A stretch of DNA of 64,000 bases from Candidatus Latescibacterota bacterium (GTDB lineage Bacteria; Latescibacterota; UBA2968; GCA-2709665): assembly GCA_965222075.1 (NCBI GenBank), contig OZ244937.1:2496001-2560000 (forward strand), given 5' to 3'. The notes under the pieces were generated by a model. It worked only from the letters and a program-made list of their open reading frames with translations. It searched no databases and was not told where the DNA came from. A program made the translations under genes and the position numbers. Positions 15,014-24,891 of the stretch are shown piece by piece. Position 1 is the stretch's first letter; each line of letters begins with the position of its first letter.

Positions 15014-15475
15014 CTACTTCTTTTCGTAGAGACGCTGGAACGTGTGCAGCAGATCGTGAAGTTTCTTCACATTTGTCAGATCGGTGGTCTGCTTGCACTT
15101 CATCGCGGTGACGATCATCTGGTGCAGCAAGACCAGCTTCTGCGTGTAGTCCGCATAGGCCGCCTGATCCTCCGTGGATGGAGCCTTGACCCGCTGTGCC
15201 AGAAAGTACTGAGCCACGACCTCACGGATATGATTGGCGTGGCTTTCCTTGTTATTCACCCAGCGCACCAGCTGGTTCATATTCGTCTGGGAGTCAGCCG
15301 AAAGCGCAACGATCATCTTCATAGACTTCTCAATCGTCGTGAGGTCTTCGGTAATCGCAGCAAAACGCACATCGTCGCCGTATATTCCACAGGGGATCTC
15401 ACAGTGGGCAAACAGGGGCGCGTGAAGCGACAGGACAAACGCCGGTAACAGGACAGCAACGATCAGACGTCTCAT
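15014..15475 (-). CDS. sodN: Nickel superoxide dismutase precursor with signal peptide
   Basis: Ni-hook HCEIPCGIY directly after a hydrophobic leader ending LFA. Confidence 0.93.
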   Translation of the reverse strand: MRRLIVAVLLPAFVLSLHAPLFAHCEIPCGIYGDDVRFAAITEDLTTIEKSMKMIVALSADSQTNMNQLVRWVNNKESHANHIREVVAQYFLAQRVKAPSTEDQAAYADYTQKLVLLHQMIVTAMKCKQTTDLTNVKKLHDLLHTFQRLYEKK

Positions 15476-15798
15476 AGCAACCTCCTCAAAATGAGATGAG
15501 CACCAATATATCGTGAGCATCGAAAACACTCACGAATCTTAACCTCGCCGCTGAAATCAGAATCTCATGAGGGTGCAAATCGAACCCTTTCTCCGCCATC
15601 ACCTCCTTAATATGGCGCCAAAGCGGTCTGCTGCAACTGTTAATAGCTCGCTACCCTGGCCTTTTACATTGATTTTTCTCACCGTTTCTTTATATTTCAA
15701 ATGGTCCCGGTCCTGCCGTTTTAAGGTAAGGAAATTTCGCCCCCCAATCAAGCAAAGAGCGAATAGAATCGAACGTCCAGGAATACGACCTCCCCCCT

Positions 15799-15981
15799 GT
15801 GTTTCCCCCTCACCCGCAGGCAGCCGCAGATGAAATCCCCGATGCAATTCCGAAAGCAGAGATCCAAAAACGCTGCGACCTTCAAGACCTGGCCTGCGTC
15901 ACCATCGACCCCAAAGACGCACAAGATGACGATAACGCCGTCTCCTTAGAGATCCGAGCAGTCAGCGAACATACTTTCTAA
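15799..15981 (+). pseudogene. Internal fragment of an RNase R/RNB-domain gene
   Basis: FP...IPDAIPKAEIQKRCDLQDLACVTIDPKDAQDDDNAVSLE resembles the RNB catalytic segment R.DLR.L...TIDP.DA.DFDDAVS, here degenerate. Confidence 0.75.
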
Positions 15982-16008
15982 CATCTAACCCCAACGTCAG
16001 GAGAGTCC

Positions 16009-17406
16009 ATGGACCCCCATGTGAAACACTACTGCGGCATCTTCGGCATCTATGGACACCCCGATGCGGCCCAGCTGACCTCGCTGGGGCTGCATGCGCT
16101 CCAGCACCGGGGGGAAGAGAGCAGCGGCATTGGCACGGGCGACAACAAGCGGGTGCATGTCCACACGGGCATGGGCCACGTAGCCGATGTCTTCATGGGG
16201 GGGCCCGAGGTCCTGGACCGACTTCCCGGCCACCTGGCCATTGGGCACAACCGCTACTCCACCACCGGTTCCGATACCCTGTGCAACTCTCAGCCCTTTT
16301 TGGCCGAGTGCAGAGACGGGTGCATCGCCGTGGCCCACAACGGCAACCTGATCAACACCACTCAGCTTCGCAGCCAGATGCAGGAGGACGGCGCCATCTT
16401 CCAGACCACGACCGACAGCGAGCTGATCCTCCACCTCATCGCACGGTCTAAGGAAGAACACATCGTAGACCGCGTCATAGACGCCCTCCAATACATACAG
16501 GGGGCCTACTGCTTTGCCCTTTGCACAGAAGACAAACTCCTCGCCGCTCGGGACCCCTACGGATTCCGTCCCCTCTGCCTGGGTCAGCTCGGGGATAGCT
16601 GGATCATCGCCTCCGAATCCTGTGCCCTCGACATCATCTCGGCCCGCTACATCCGCGACATCGAACCGGGCGAACTGGTGGTCATCGACGCCAACGGCCT
16701 GCGCACCTTTTCTCCTTTTGAAGCCGACAGACACGCCTTCTGCATCTTTGAGTACATCTATTTCTCACGCCCCGACAGCATCATCTTTGGGGACACCGTG
16801 GACAAAACCCGGCGGAAGCTTGGCAAACAGCTCGCCATCGAACACCCTGCCGATGCGGACATCGTCATCCCGGTTCCCGACTCCAGCAACACAGCAGCGA
16901 TGGGATATGCCGACCAATCGGGTATCAAACTCGAAATCGGACTCATCCGAAACCACTACGTCGGACGGACCTTTATCACGCCCGGCCAGGACACCCGCAC
17001 GGCCATGGTCCGCCTCAAATACAACCCGGTGCGCGGCGTCCTCAAAGGCAAACGCGTGGTCGTGGTGGAAGACTCGATCGTGCGGGGCACCACCCTGCGC
17101 TACCTCGTCCGGATGCTCCGGGAAGCCGGCGCCTACAAGGTCCACGTCCGGGTAAGCTGTCCCCCCATCATCTCCCCCTGTTACTACGGCATCGACTTCC
17201 AAACCGAAAACGAACTGATTGCCAACGAAAAAACCATCGCACAGATTCGGGAACACCTGGGCGTAGACAGCCTCAGCTACCTCTCCCTAAGAGGGATGCT
17301 CAGCGTTGTGCCCAACACCACCAGCCAGTACTGTACCGCCTGTTTCACCCGGAATTACCCCATCCCCATCGAAACCGAAATCAACAAACTGATCCTGGAA
17401 AGGTAG
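16009..17406 (+). CDS. purF: Amidophosphoribosyltransferase
   Basis: Short propeptide then CGIFG; LQHRGEES, GHNRYST, CIFEYIYFSRPDS, VEDSIVRGTT. Confidence 0.98.
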   Translation: MDPHVKHYCGIFGIYGHPDAAQLTSLGLHALQHRGEESSGIGTGDNKRVHVHTGMGHVADVFMGGPEVLDRLPGHLAIGHNRYSTTGSDTLCNSQPFLAECRDGCIAVAHNGNLINTTQLRSQMQEDGAIFQTTTDSELILHLIARSKEEHIVDRVIDALQYIQGAYCFALCTEDKLLAARDPYGFRPLCLGQLGDSWIIASESCALDIISARYIRDIEPGELVVIDANGLRTFSPFEADRHAFCIFEYIYFSRPDSIIFGDTVDKTRRKLGKQLAIEHPADADIVIPVPDSSNTAAMGYADQSGIKLEIGLIRNHYVGRTFITPGQDTRTAMVRLKYNPVRGVLKGKRVVVVEDSIVRGTTLRYLVRMLREAGAYKVHVRVSCPPIISPCYYGIDFQTENELIANEKTIAQIREHLGVDSLSYLSLRGMLSVVPNTTSQYCTACFTRNYPIPIETEINKLILER

Positions 17407-17529
17407 GAACGCATCGCGGTGCGCCCTTAAAATCCGATTCCTCTGGAGCAACCTTTTTCGCTCTCAAACGTAGAAAATATATACCCTATTCCCGGTTGTG
17501 TGTTTCGTCGCTCTCCAGAGGAGTCCGCC

Positions 17530-18801
17530 ATGTCTCACCCGCCCGTCAATCGCTTTTGTCGCAGCCTGCTGGTCATCTGTGCGGTCTTCGCCGCCGGCCC
17601 TCTCACCGCTGCAGACCTGGAAGACCTTCTGCACCCGGACAAACTGGCAAAACACCTCAAAGCGAAGGTGGACCAAAAACCGGTCCTGGCCGGGCACGTC
17701 CAGAGGCTTCGGCAGACAATTGCCGACTACCAGTGGGAACGGGAAAAACAGACCTGTGAGGCCCGGCTCTGGCAGGCGCATCGGATTCGTCCCGATATCC
17801 GCGAACTTCGCGAACTCCGGAAGAACACCCGAAAAGCGGTGGATGCAATTCTCGACACCCTAAAGGCCGGACTCGACCCAAAACAGGCCAAGCGGTTCCG
17901 GAAACTCCTGAAAGAGGAAGGCAACATACTCGACCTGCCCGTTTCCGAGGTTCCGTTTTCCCACATCAACAATACGCCCCTCTTTCCCCAGTTTCAAACC
18001 AAAGTCAGAGCTTACAGCGTGACCCTGCCGGGGTCCCCCTCTTCCGACGACACCTGGACCTATGCCGATTATTTGCGCACCTGGACCGTTCGGGGGTACA
18101 TCCCCACCCAGCGTCCCATAGATGCCATCGGCCGGGAACAGGCAATAGGGATCAACCAGCCCGGCATGCAGGTCCGAACCATGCCTGGCCAGTCCCGGAC
18201 GCGTGTCGTCAAGTCTCCCCTCCTCCTCGCAGCCACTCTGCTGGTCCCCGACCTGGGCCGGGCCGAATCCGAACTCCTGTGGGATTACTACGCCCGCGAA
18301 TCGGAAGACAAGGAAGCCGCCTGGGCCCACTACCGGACGCAAAATCGGCTGGATGGCGCCGTTTTGGTGCGCCTGAAGCTGAGCACGCCCTTTGCAGAAG
18401 GCTATCTCAGCTTAGACCGCTGGATCATCTACTTGGAAGACAGTGAGGGCACCGGTTACGAATCGGTGCAGGTCGACCAGGGCGCCTTCTACCCCCTCGA
18501 AGCACTCGAAATCTCCCTGCCCGGCCGGGAGGCCGAAGTCACCGACGTCTTTGGCACCTACTACCCCTACATCCCCGGCCACAAGGAACGCATCTATCTG
18601 GAGGCCCCGGCCAAAATTGTCTACGCCGGACACGAGAAACTCCTCAAACTCTTCTTCCCCGGCAAAAACTATCAGGGCCAGCCGGTTATCACCGAAAAAA
18701 CCGAATACCTCAAGCTCATCGTGCAATCACAAGAAGACGAATTCGGCCGCGCCGAACTTATCTGGGACCTGAAACCCCGCAAACCCAGGCCCCCCAAATA
18801 A
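17530..18801 (+). CDS. Hypothetical exported protein
   Basis: Long ORF with host codon usage, GAGGAG RBS and an N-terminal signal peptide; no recognised domain. Confidence 0.75.
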   Translation: MSHPPVNRFCRSLLVICAVFAAGPLTAADLEDLLHPDKLAKHLKAKVDQKPVLAGHVQRLRQTIADYQWEREKQTCEARLWQAHRIRPDIRELRELRKNTRKAVDAILDTLKAGLDPKQAKRFRKLLKEEGNILDLPVSEVPFSHINNTPLFPQFQTKVRAYSVTLPGSPSSDDTWTYADYLRTWTVRGYIPTQRPIDAIGREQAIGINQPGMQVRTMPGQSRTRVVKSPLLLAATLLVPDLGRAESELLWDYYARESEDKEAAWAHYRTQNRLDGAVLVRLKLSTPFAEGYLSLDRWIIYLEDSEGTGYESVQVDQGAFYPLEALEISLPGREAEVTDVFGTYYPYIPGHKERIYLEAPAKIVYAGHEKLLKLFFPGKNYQGQPVITEKTEYLKLIVQSQEDEFGRAELIWDLKPRKPRPPK

Positions 18802-18810
18802 GGATAGAGA

Positions 18811-20748
18811 ATGAAATCGTCCTTCCGCCCGATCTTCCCGATCCTATTCCTTGTAGCAGGCCTCCTGGGCTGCGCAGCCTCGCAGCCTCCCTCCATCGTC
18901 CTGCGGCCTGCCCGCAAGCCCCCGCCCGACCCGGAGGCCCTTGGCTACTTTATCGACGCCAAACGCTTCGAGATGAAGGGAGAGAGAGGTGCGGCCGTCA
19001 ACGCACTCTACGCCGCCATTGACATCGACAGCACATCTGCCACCCTGTATGGCGCCCTGAGCCGCAATCTCAACGCGCTCCGGCGCTTCTCCGAAGCCGT
19101 CGCCCCTGCCCGCCGGGCCGTCCGCTTAGACCCCCGCAACCTTGAGAACCGGCGGCACTTCTACCACGCCCTGATGGAAGGCCCGAAGGATACCACCGCA
19201 GCCGTCAAACAGCTCGAAGCCATCACCCGCATCGCTCCCAACCCGCTGGCGGCCTACGATGGACTTCTGAAAATCTACGCTGCACAGAACCGCCGGGACG
19301 ACGTCCTCCGAACCGTGGACCGCGTCCTGACCATCCCTTCGTTAAATACCCGGGGGCAGATCTTTGCTGCTGAAACCTACATGCGCACCAACGTCCCCGA
19401 ACGCGCATCGGCCGTTTACCGGCAGGTCCTCGCGCAAAACCCCCGGCAGGCAAACATCTGGGGCCGTCTGGGCAGCATCGCCCTGACCGTAGGGGATACC
19501 CTCAAGGCTGAAGGGATCTATCGAGAAGGCCTCACCCATTTTCAAAACCGAATCAACCGTCTTACGGCCCCCATCTGGAGGCAGCTCTTTCTCATCTACG
19601 ATTCAGACACCTACCTGGAGGGCCTGATCTCGGAAACCCCCCTGGATACGACCTTTGTCGAACACCTCGCCAAGATCGTCATGGACCTCGCCCGGAGGCC
19701 TGAAAACAATCCCAAAACGACGGAGCGCAGGTACAACCGGGCCGAAATCCTCCTGGATCACCTCATCCATGCCAATCCGAGCCGGCACGACCTTCTGGCC
19801 CGGAAAGGCTACCTCCTCCTGAACACCAATCGCCCCGAAGAGGCCAGGGCGACCTTCGGTCGGGCCTACAAACAGGACCCCAAGGCCGAATACTGGCTCG
19901 GCATCGGTCACACCTACCTCTCCCAGGGCCGGAAGAACAAGGCCCTCACCCTCTTCCAGGCCCTCTACGAAAAGGCCCCCACCAACTCACCGCTCTACCC
20001 CCAGATCGTCTCTGAACTGGGTCGGCTCTATCGCGCCACCGGCCAAATGGCAGACGCCCGGGGCGTCTACGCGAAGGCCGCAGAGGCGGATACCTCCCGG
20101 CCTGAGTACCGCTTTGAACTGGGCTACACCTATGCCTCGGAAAAGGCGTGGGAGAAAGCCATTCCCATCTTTGAGGCCCTGCTTGACCGTGTCGGCGACG
20201 ATTCCGAACTCTTCCGCCGCACCCTCCTTGAACTGGCGCAAAGCTACGAACGCGCCGGTCGTTTTGACAGCGCCGTAGCGGAGTTTCAGCGTCTGATCAC
20301 CCTGGATCCCGACAACCATCGCGCCCTCAACAACCTTGGATACATGCTCGCAGAAAAAGGGATTCGCCTCAACGAAGCCGAGCGCCTGATCGAACGCGCC
20401 CTCAGGGCCGAACCCAAAAACGGTGCCTACCTGGACAGCATGGGCTGGGTCTACTACCGGCAGGGCCGGTACGACGAAGCCATGGAATACTTAGATCGCG
20501 CCCTGAAGGTGGAAGAGGCCGAACTCCAGAACCACACGGACGACGACCGGTACAGGGCCTCCTTGTACGAAAATCTGGCGGTGATTTACGACCATGCCGG
20601 AGACGCCGCCCGTGCCCTGGGGGACCTCAACAAGGCACGCCGGCACTGGAAACGCGCCTCCCGGTTCAATCCGGACAACGCGGCCATCCACCAGAAACTC
20701 CAGACGTTCACCGCTCCCGTCGGTAACGCCCCGGCAGGCCCTGAATGA
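18811..20748 (+). CDS. TPR-repeat lipoprotein
   Basis: Lipobox LLGC; TPR motifs such as ALNNLGYMLAE and YLDSMGWVYYRQG. Confidence 0.9.
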   Translation: MKSSFRPIFPILFLVAGLLGCAASQPPSIVLRPARKPPPDPEALGYFIDAKRFEMKGERGAAVNALYAAIDIDSTSATLYGALSRNLNALRRFSEAVAPARRAVRLDPRNLENRRHFYHALMEGPKDTTAAVKQLEAITRIAPNPLAAYDGLLKIYAAQNRRDDVLRTVDRVLTIPSLNTRGQIFAAETYMRTNVPERASAVYRQVLAQNPRQANIWGRLGSIALTVGDTLKAEGIYREGLTHFQNRINRLTAPIWRQLFLIYDSDTYLEGLISETPLDTTFVEHLAKIVMDLARRPENNPKTTERRYNRAEILLDHLIHANPSRHDLLARKGYLLLNTNRPEEARATFGRAYKQDPKAEYWLGIGHTYLSQGRKNKALTLFQALYEKAPTNSPLYPQIVSELGRLYRATGQMADARGVYAKAAEADTSRPEYRFELGYTYASEKAWEKAIPIFEALLDRVGDDSELFRRTLLELAQSYERAGRFDSAVAEFQRLITLDPDNHRALNNLGYMLAEKGIRLNEAERLIERALRAEPKNGAYLDSMGWVYYRQGRYDEAMEYLDRALKVEEAELQNHTDDDRYRASLYENLAVIYDHAGDAARALGDLNKARRHWKRASRFNPDNAAIHQKLQTFTAPVGNAPAGPE

Positions 20749-21554
20749 AACACATCCGGCAGGCTGGCGGTCAACGGGGCAGTCGGGCATTCCTTCTGTA
20801 CCTGCCCCTCCTTTTTCTCCCGGCCTGTGCCGCCCACCTTCCTCGTCCACCCGATGTTGGCCCTGTTTTAAACGCCGCCGATCTCCTCCACACCGTCTCC
20901 GCCCGTACAGAGGGCCTCCGCGACCTGGAGGCCAAAGCCCGGATTACCCTCCGCATCAACAGTGTCCGGCAGAAGGCCTCCGCCTTCCTGGTCTACCGGT
21001 CTCCCAACGTGCTGAAATTCGACGTCAGGGGCCCCCTCGGCGTAGGCATCCTCTCCGCCCTTGTCCTGAACGACTCCCTCTACCTCTACCTGCCCAGAGA
21101 CAACCACTACCTGGACGGCCCCCCCGAAGAAGTCCTCTATCGCGTCACCGGCGTCAACCTCGAATACTACGACGCCCGCTGTGCCATCCTTGGCCTCCCC
21201 AACCTCTCCCCGCTCGACCTGCCCCGCGTTGCCCGGTTCGAAGCGGAGGACAAACACTTCTTCCTGGAGCTTCACACGCCCCTCTGGACCCGCCGCCTCT
21301 GGCTCGACCGGCGCACGGGCACCCTCCTCGAAGAACAGATCTACACCCCCCAGGGCGGCCTCCTGTCGGCCCGCGTGATGGGCGACTATCGGGACGAAAA
21401 CGGCGTGGTCCTCCCCCGCCGAATCGAAATCATCCAGGGCGATGACCGCGTCCGGATCGAAATCACCCGCCGGCAGGTCAACGCCGGGCCCTCCGACGAC
21501 CGGTTCCGGATGAAGCTCCCTTCCGACGTCATCCGCCTCAACGGTGGAGACTGA
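20745..21554 (+). CDS. Lipoprotein, LolB/DUF4292-like
   Basis: Lipobox LPAC; beta-rich LolA/LolB-like pattern; overlaps the TPR gene stop. Confidence 0.65.
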   Translation: MKHIRQAGGQRGSRAFLLYLPLLFLPACAAHLPRPPDVGPVLNAADLLHTVSARTEGLRDLEAKARITLRINSVRQKASAFLVYRSPNVLKFDVRGPLGVGILSALVLNDSLYLYLPRDNHYLDGPPEEVLYRVTGVNLEYYDARCAILGLPNLSPLDLPRVARFEAEDKHFFLELHTPLWTRRLWLDRRTGTLLEEQIYTPQGGLLSARVMGDYRDENGVVLPRRIEIIQGDDRVRIEITRRQVNAGPSDDRFRMKLPSDVIRLNGGD

Positions 21555-21626
21555 ATGCAAAAAAAACCCGGAGCATCTGCCCCGGGCCCTTGAATCCCTC
21601 CATACGCTGCGGTAACGTTCTGCCCG

Positions 21627-22469
21627 CTAAGCCTTCCGCCTCTGCCACCAAGTCGCAAGTCGCGCACCCGTACGCTGGGCCACGTGTCCGAACAGGGCCT
21701 TTACCGACTGTCCCGACGCTTCACGGGCGGACCACCGATTGCGCAGCTCAATCATCGTCAATACGGTCACCTCGCCGCTCGGTTCCAGCCCACATACGAC
21801 CTGGAACTGCCGCAGGGCGTCGCGGCAGGCCTCCTTCATTTCCCCGTCAATCCCCCCCACGTCATAACCCAGGTTGTGGAGGATAACCTGCGCCTCATAA
21901 ACGTGCTCGGGTCCCGCCGGCCTGTCAGGCTCCGAAACCGCCTCCGGGGCTTCCGTTTGCCCAACAGCCGCCGTATCCTCCGAAATCAGCACCCGGTTGA
22001 CCAACCGTGCCTCAAAAAATGCCGCACCCAAAGCAAGCAGGGCCAGCAGCCCCAAGAGGGCGGCAGCTCCCCCCCGAACCACGTAGAGCCCCCCCAACGT
22101 ATCGGCCGGTTCTAAGCGGTAAAACAGATCAAAAGAGACGGTGTAACGCCCCCCTGCCCAGAGCCCCAGGTGAAACGCCGCCAGGATCGGGGGCGTCTTG
22201 ACCGGCACCCGCAGGGGAGTCCGCTGCGACTGTCTAAACAGCGCTATCCCCAGGGCCCAGAGATCCAGCAGCAGCAGCGTCAGCGGCAGTTCGACCAGCG
22301 TCCGAGCCGTAACCTCCGTCGGATTGGCCTCCATATGCAGACCCAGCCCAACCGCCCCCAAAAGGGCCAGCCCGAAAACGGACCATGTCCCTCCCCGCAG
22401 ATAACGTGCCACCCTCGAACGGGGAGGCCGGGCCACAAGCTGTCCGGAAACAGGATCGAGTCTGTTCAT
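21627..22469 (-). CDS. Membrane protein with C-terminal peptidoglycan-binding domain
   Basis: About 4 TM segments, then AQVILHNLGYDVGGIDG...ALRQFQ...GLEPSG (PG_binding_1-like). Confidence 0.75.
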   Translation of the reverse strand: MNRLDPVSGQLVARPPRSRVARYLRGGTWSVFGLALLGAVGLGLHMEANPTEVTARTLVELPLTLLLLDLWALGIALFRQSQRTPLRVPVKTPPILAAFHLGLWAGGRYTVSFDLFYRLEPADTLGGLYVVRGGAAALLGLLALLALGAAFFEARLVNRVLISEDTAAVGQTEAPEAVSEPDRPAGPEHVYEAQVILHNLGYDVGGIDGEMKEACRDALRQFQVVCGLEPSGEVTVLTMIELRNRWSAREASGQSVKALFGHVAQRTGARLATWWQRRKA

Positions 22470-22682
22470 CCTCTGTTCCCCGTTGCGCCTTTACAGACTT
22501 TGATGCATTCGCCTTGGTAGGGTCACCCAGTGTCAAACAAATCGTAATATAGGGCCATTTCCTCCGCTTTGCAACCCGAGATCGCAGGGCCGAAAAACCC
22601 TTTCCACTCCCCTGAAAATTGGCTATATTTTAGTGTTACAAACCGCAGTAAGGTATAGGCCTACAGGAGATTTCACAAATTT

Positions 22683-24809
22683 ATGGACAGTCAAACCGCC
22701 ATCCTTGCCGTCGAACTCATCGGCGGCAACCAGATGGTCTTCTACACCCAGGACGGGCAGTACACGCAACCCTTCTCTCCCTGGCTGCTTGTGGAAGCCC
22801 CCGAGGACTGCAACCGCGCCGGGCTCTCCGGCATCCGCGAGGTCGTTTCCCTCAAAGGGGGGGGAGAATTTCGCTTTCGCGCCCATTTCCACACCTGGTC
22901 CGACTTCTTAGAGGCGAAAGGGCGCCTCTCTGAAGACGGCATCGCCCACTTCAGCATCAACACCCCCGTCCGCCAGCACCTCCTTCTCTCCGGTCAGACC
23001 CTCTTTTACAAGATGAGATACGCTGAGGCCCACCGCCTCCAGCTCGACATCGAAACCCTCACCCTGCACCCGCAGGCCCCCGGTGCCGAAATCATCCTCA
23101 TCGCCCTCTCCGATACCTGTGGCTACGAAGAGATCCTCAATGGTCAGGACATGTCCGAAACCGAACTCTTACAGCAACTCAACCAGCGTATCGCCGATCG
23201 CAACCCCGACGTGATCGAAGGCCACAACATCTTCGATTTCGACCTGTTCTATATCAGCGCCCGGGCCGACCGCCTGAAGGTGCCCCTTACCTGGGGCCGC
23301 GATGCATCCCAGCTCAAAGTCGGTCACGGCACGCGCCGCTACAAAGTCGGCGCCCACAACCCCCTCTTCCGCCCCGCCTACATCCACGGCCGCCACATCA
23401 TCGACACCCTGCAACAGGTCCGGCGCTACGACGTGGGCGGACGCCTGGAAAGCTATGGCCTCAAAAATGCCATCCGGGTCCTGGGCCTGGAGCGGAAAGG
23501 CCGGGTCTTTGTGGAAGGCAAAGACATCCCCCGGCTCTGGCGGGAAGACCCGGACCGCCTCACCGAATACGCCCTGGACGACGTCCGCGACGTCCGTGTG
23601 CTCAGCGAACGCGTCGTTTCCACCGAATTCTACCAGACCCAGATCCTCCCCTACAGTTTCCAGGACACGGCCATCACCGGTCCCGGCGAAAAGATCAACG
23701 CCCTCATGGTCGGGGCATACCTTCGCCGCAACCTCGCCATCCCCCGCGCCCGCGCCTCCAAATCGTTCGGGGGAGGCTACACGCAGCTCTTCGCCTCCGG
23801 CATCTTCAAACGGGTCGTCAAGGCCGATGTCGAAAGCCTCTACCCCTCCATCATGCTTACCTACGGCATTCGCCCCACCGCCGATACCGAAAACGCCTTT
23901 CTCCCCATGCTGAAACGCCTCACCCGGCGGCGGCTTGAAGCCAAAGCCCACTACCAGGAGGGCGCAAACGAAGCCGAAGAGACCTACTGGGACGGCCTGC
24001 AAAGCAGCTACAAGGTCCTCATCAACGCCTTCTATGGCTACCTCGCTTACGGTCGTGCGAATTTTAACGACTACAAAGCCGCCGAACAGGTCACCGCGAT
24101 GGGTCAGGAGATCGCCCGACAGCTTGTGACACAACTCCGGAATAGGGGTGCGGAGATCATCGAAGTAGACACCGACGGCGTCTACTTTGTCGTCCCCTCC
24201 CGAATCGACACCGAAAAGGGTGAACATCGGTTCATCGAAGAGATCTCCGAGGAACTCCCCAAGGGCATCCATCTCTCCCACGACGGCCGCTACCGGGGCA
24301 TGATCAGCCTGAAGACCAAGAACTACATCCTGATCGGATATGACGATGTCTTAACGGTCAAAGGCAGCAGCCTTCGAAGCCGGCGCGATGAACGGATTTT
24401 TCGGAGCTTTATCAAACAGCTTGCATATCTGCTCATCGACAGAAAAACGGAAGAGGCCTCGGCTTACTACCTCGGCCTCGCCGGACGCCTTCAGGAAGGC
24501 CAGGTCCCTCCGAAGAACTTCTGCCGTTGGGAGAGCATCACCGAAAAGACCTTCTCCAACCCGAATCTCCGCCGTCTGGCCGCAGCGGCAAAAGGCGGCA
24601 AAATAGGCGAAAAAATTGCCGTCTACCAGAAACGCGACGGGAGCCTTGCCCGGATCGAAACCTATGCGGAAGACGAAGACCGGGACTATCTCCTCCGGAG
24701 GCTACACGACATGGCCGGACGCTTTCGAAGCCTCTTTGGCGATGCCGAATTCCGCCGCCTCTTCCCCCTGGTACAGAAACCCGCCGAAGAACAGCTCAGC
24801 CTGTTTTGA
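22683..24809 (+). CDS. polB: Family B DNA polymerase with 3'-5' exonuclease
   Basis: Exonuclease motifs DIET, GHNIFDFD, YALDD; polymerase motifs DVESLYPS, KVLINAFYG, VDTDG; C-terminal QLSLF. Confidence 0.93.
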   Translation: MDSQTAILAVELIGGNQMVFYTQDGQYTQPFSPWLLVEAPEDCNRAGLSGIREVVSLKGGGEFRFRAHFHTWSDFLEAKGRLSEDGIAHFSINTPVRQHLLLSGQTLFYKMRYAEAHRLQLDIETLTLHPQAPGAEIILIALSDTCGYEEILNGQDMSETELLQQLNQRIADRNPDVIEGHNIFDFDLFYISARADRLKVPLTWGRDASQLKVGHGTRRYKVGAHNPLFRPAYIHGRHIIDTLQQVRRYDVGGRLESYGLKNAIRVLGLERKGRVFVEGKDIPRLWREDPDRLTEYALDDVRDVRVLSERVVSTEFYQTQILPYSFQDTAITGPGEKINALMVGAYLRRNLAIPRARASKSFGGGYTQLFASGIFKRVVKADVESLYPSIMLTYGIRPTADTENAFLPMLKRLTRRRLEAKAHYQEGANEAEETYWDGLQSSYKVLINAFYGYLAYGRANFNDYKAAEQVTAMGQEIARQLVTQLRNRGAEIIEVDTDGVYFVVPSRIDTEKGEHRFIEEISEELPKGIHLSHDGRYRGMISLKTKNYILIGYDDVLTVKGSSLRSRRDERIFRSFIKQLAYLLIDRKTEEASAYYLGLAGRLQEGQVPPKNFCRWESITEKTFSNPNLRRLAAAAKGGKIGEKIAVYQKRDGSLARIETYAEDEDRDYLLRRLHDMAGRFRSLFGDAEFRRLFPLVQKPAEEQLSLF

Positions 24810-24891
24810 AATCGCAGACGTAAAGATTCACTTTGCAGGGGCGGACCCCTGTCCACCCCGGTGTGGAGCGGGAGTCTGTTTGCCCTTTGCG

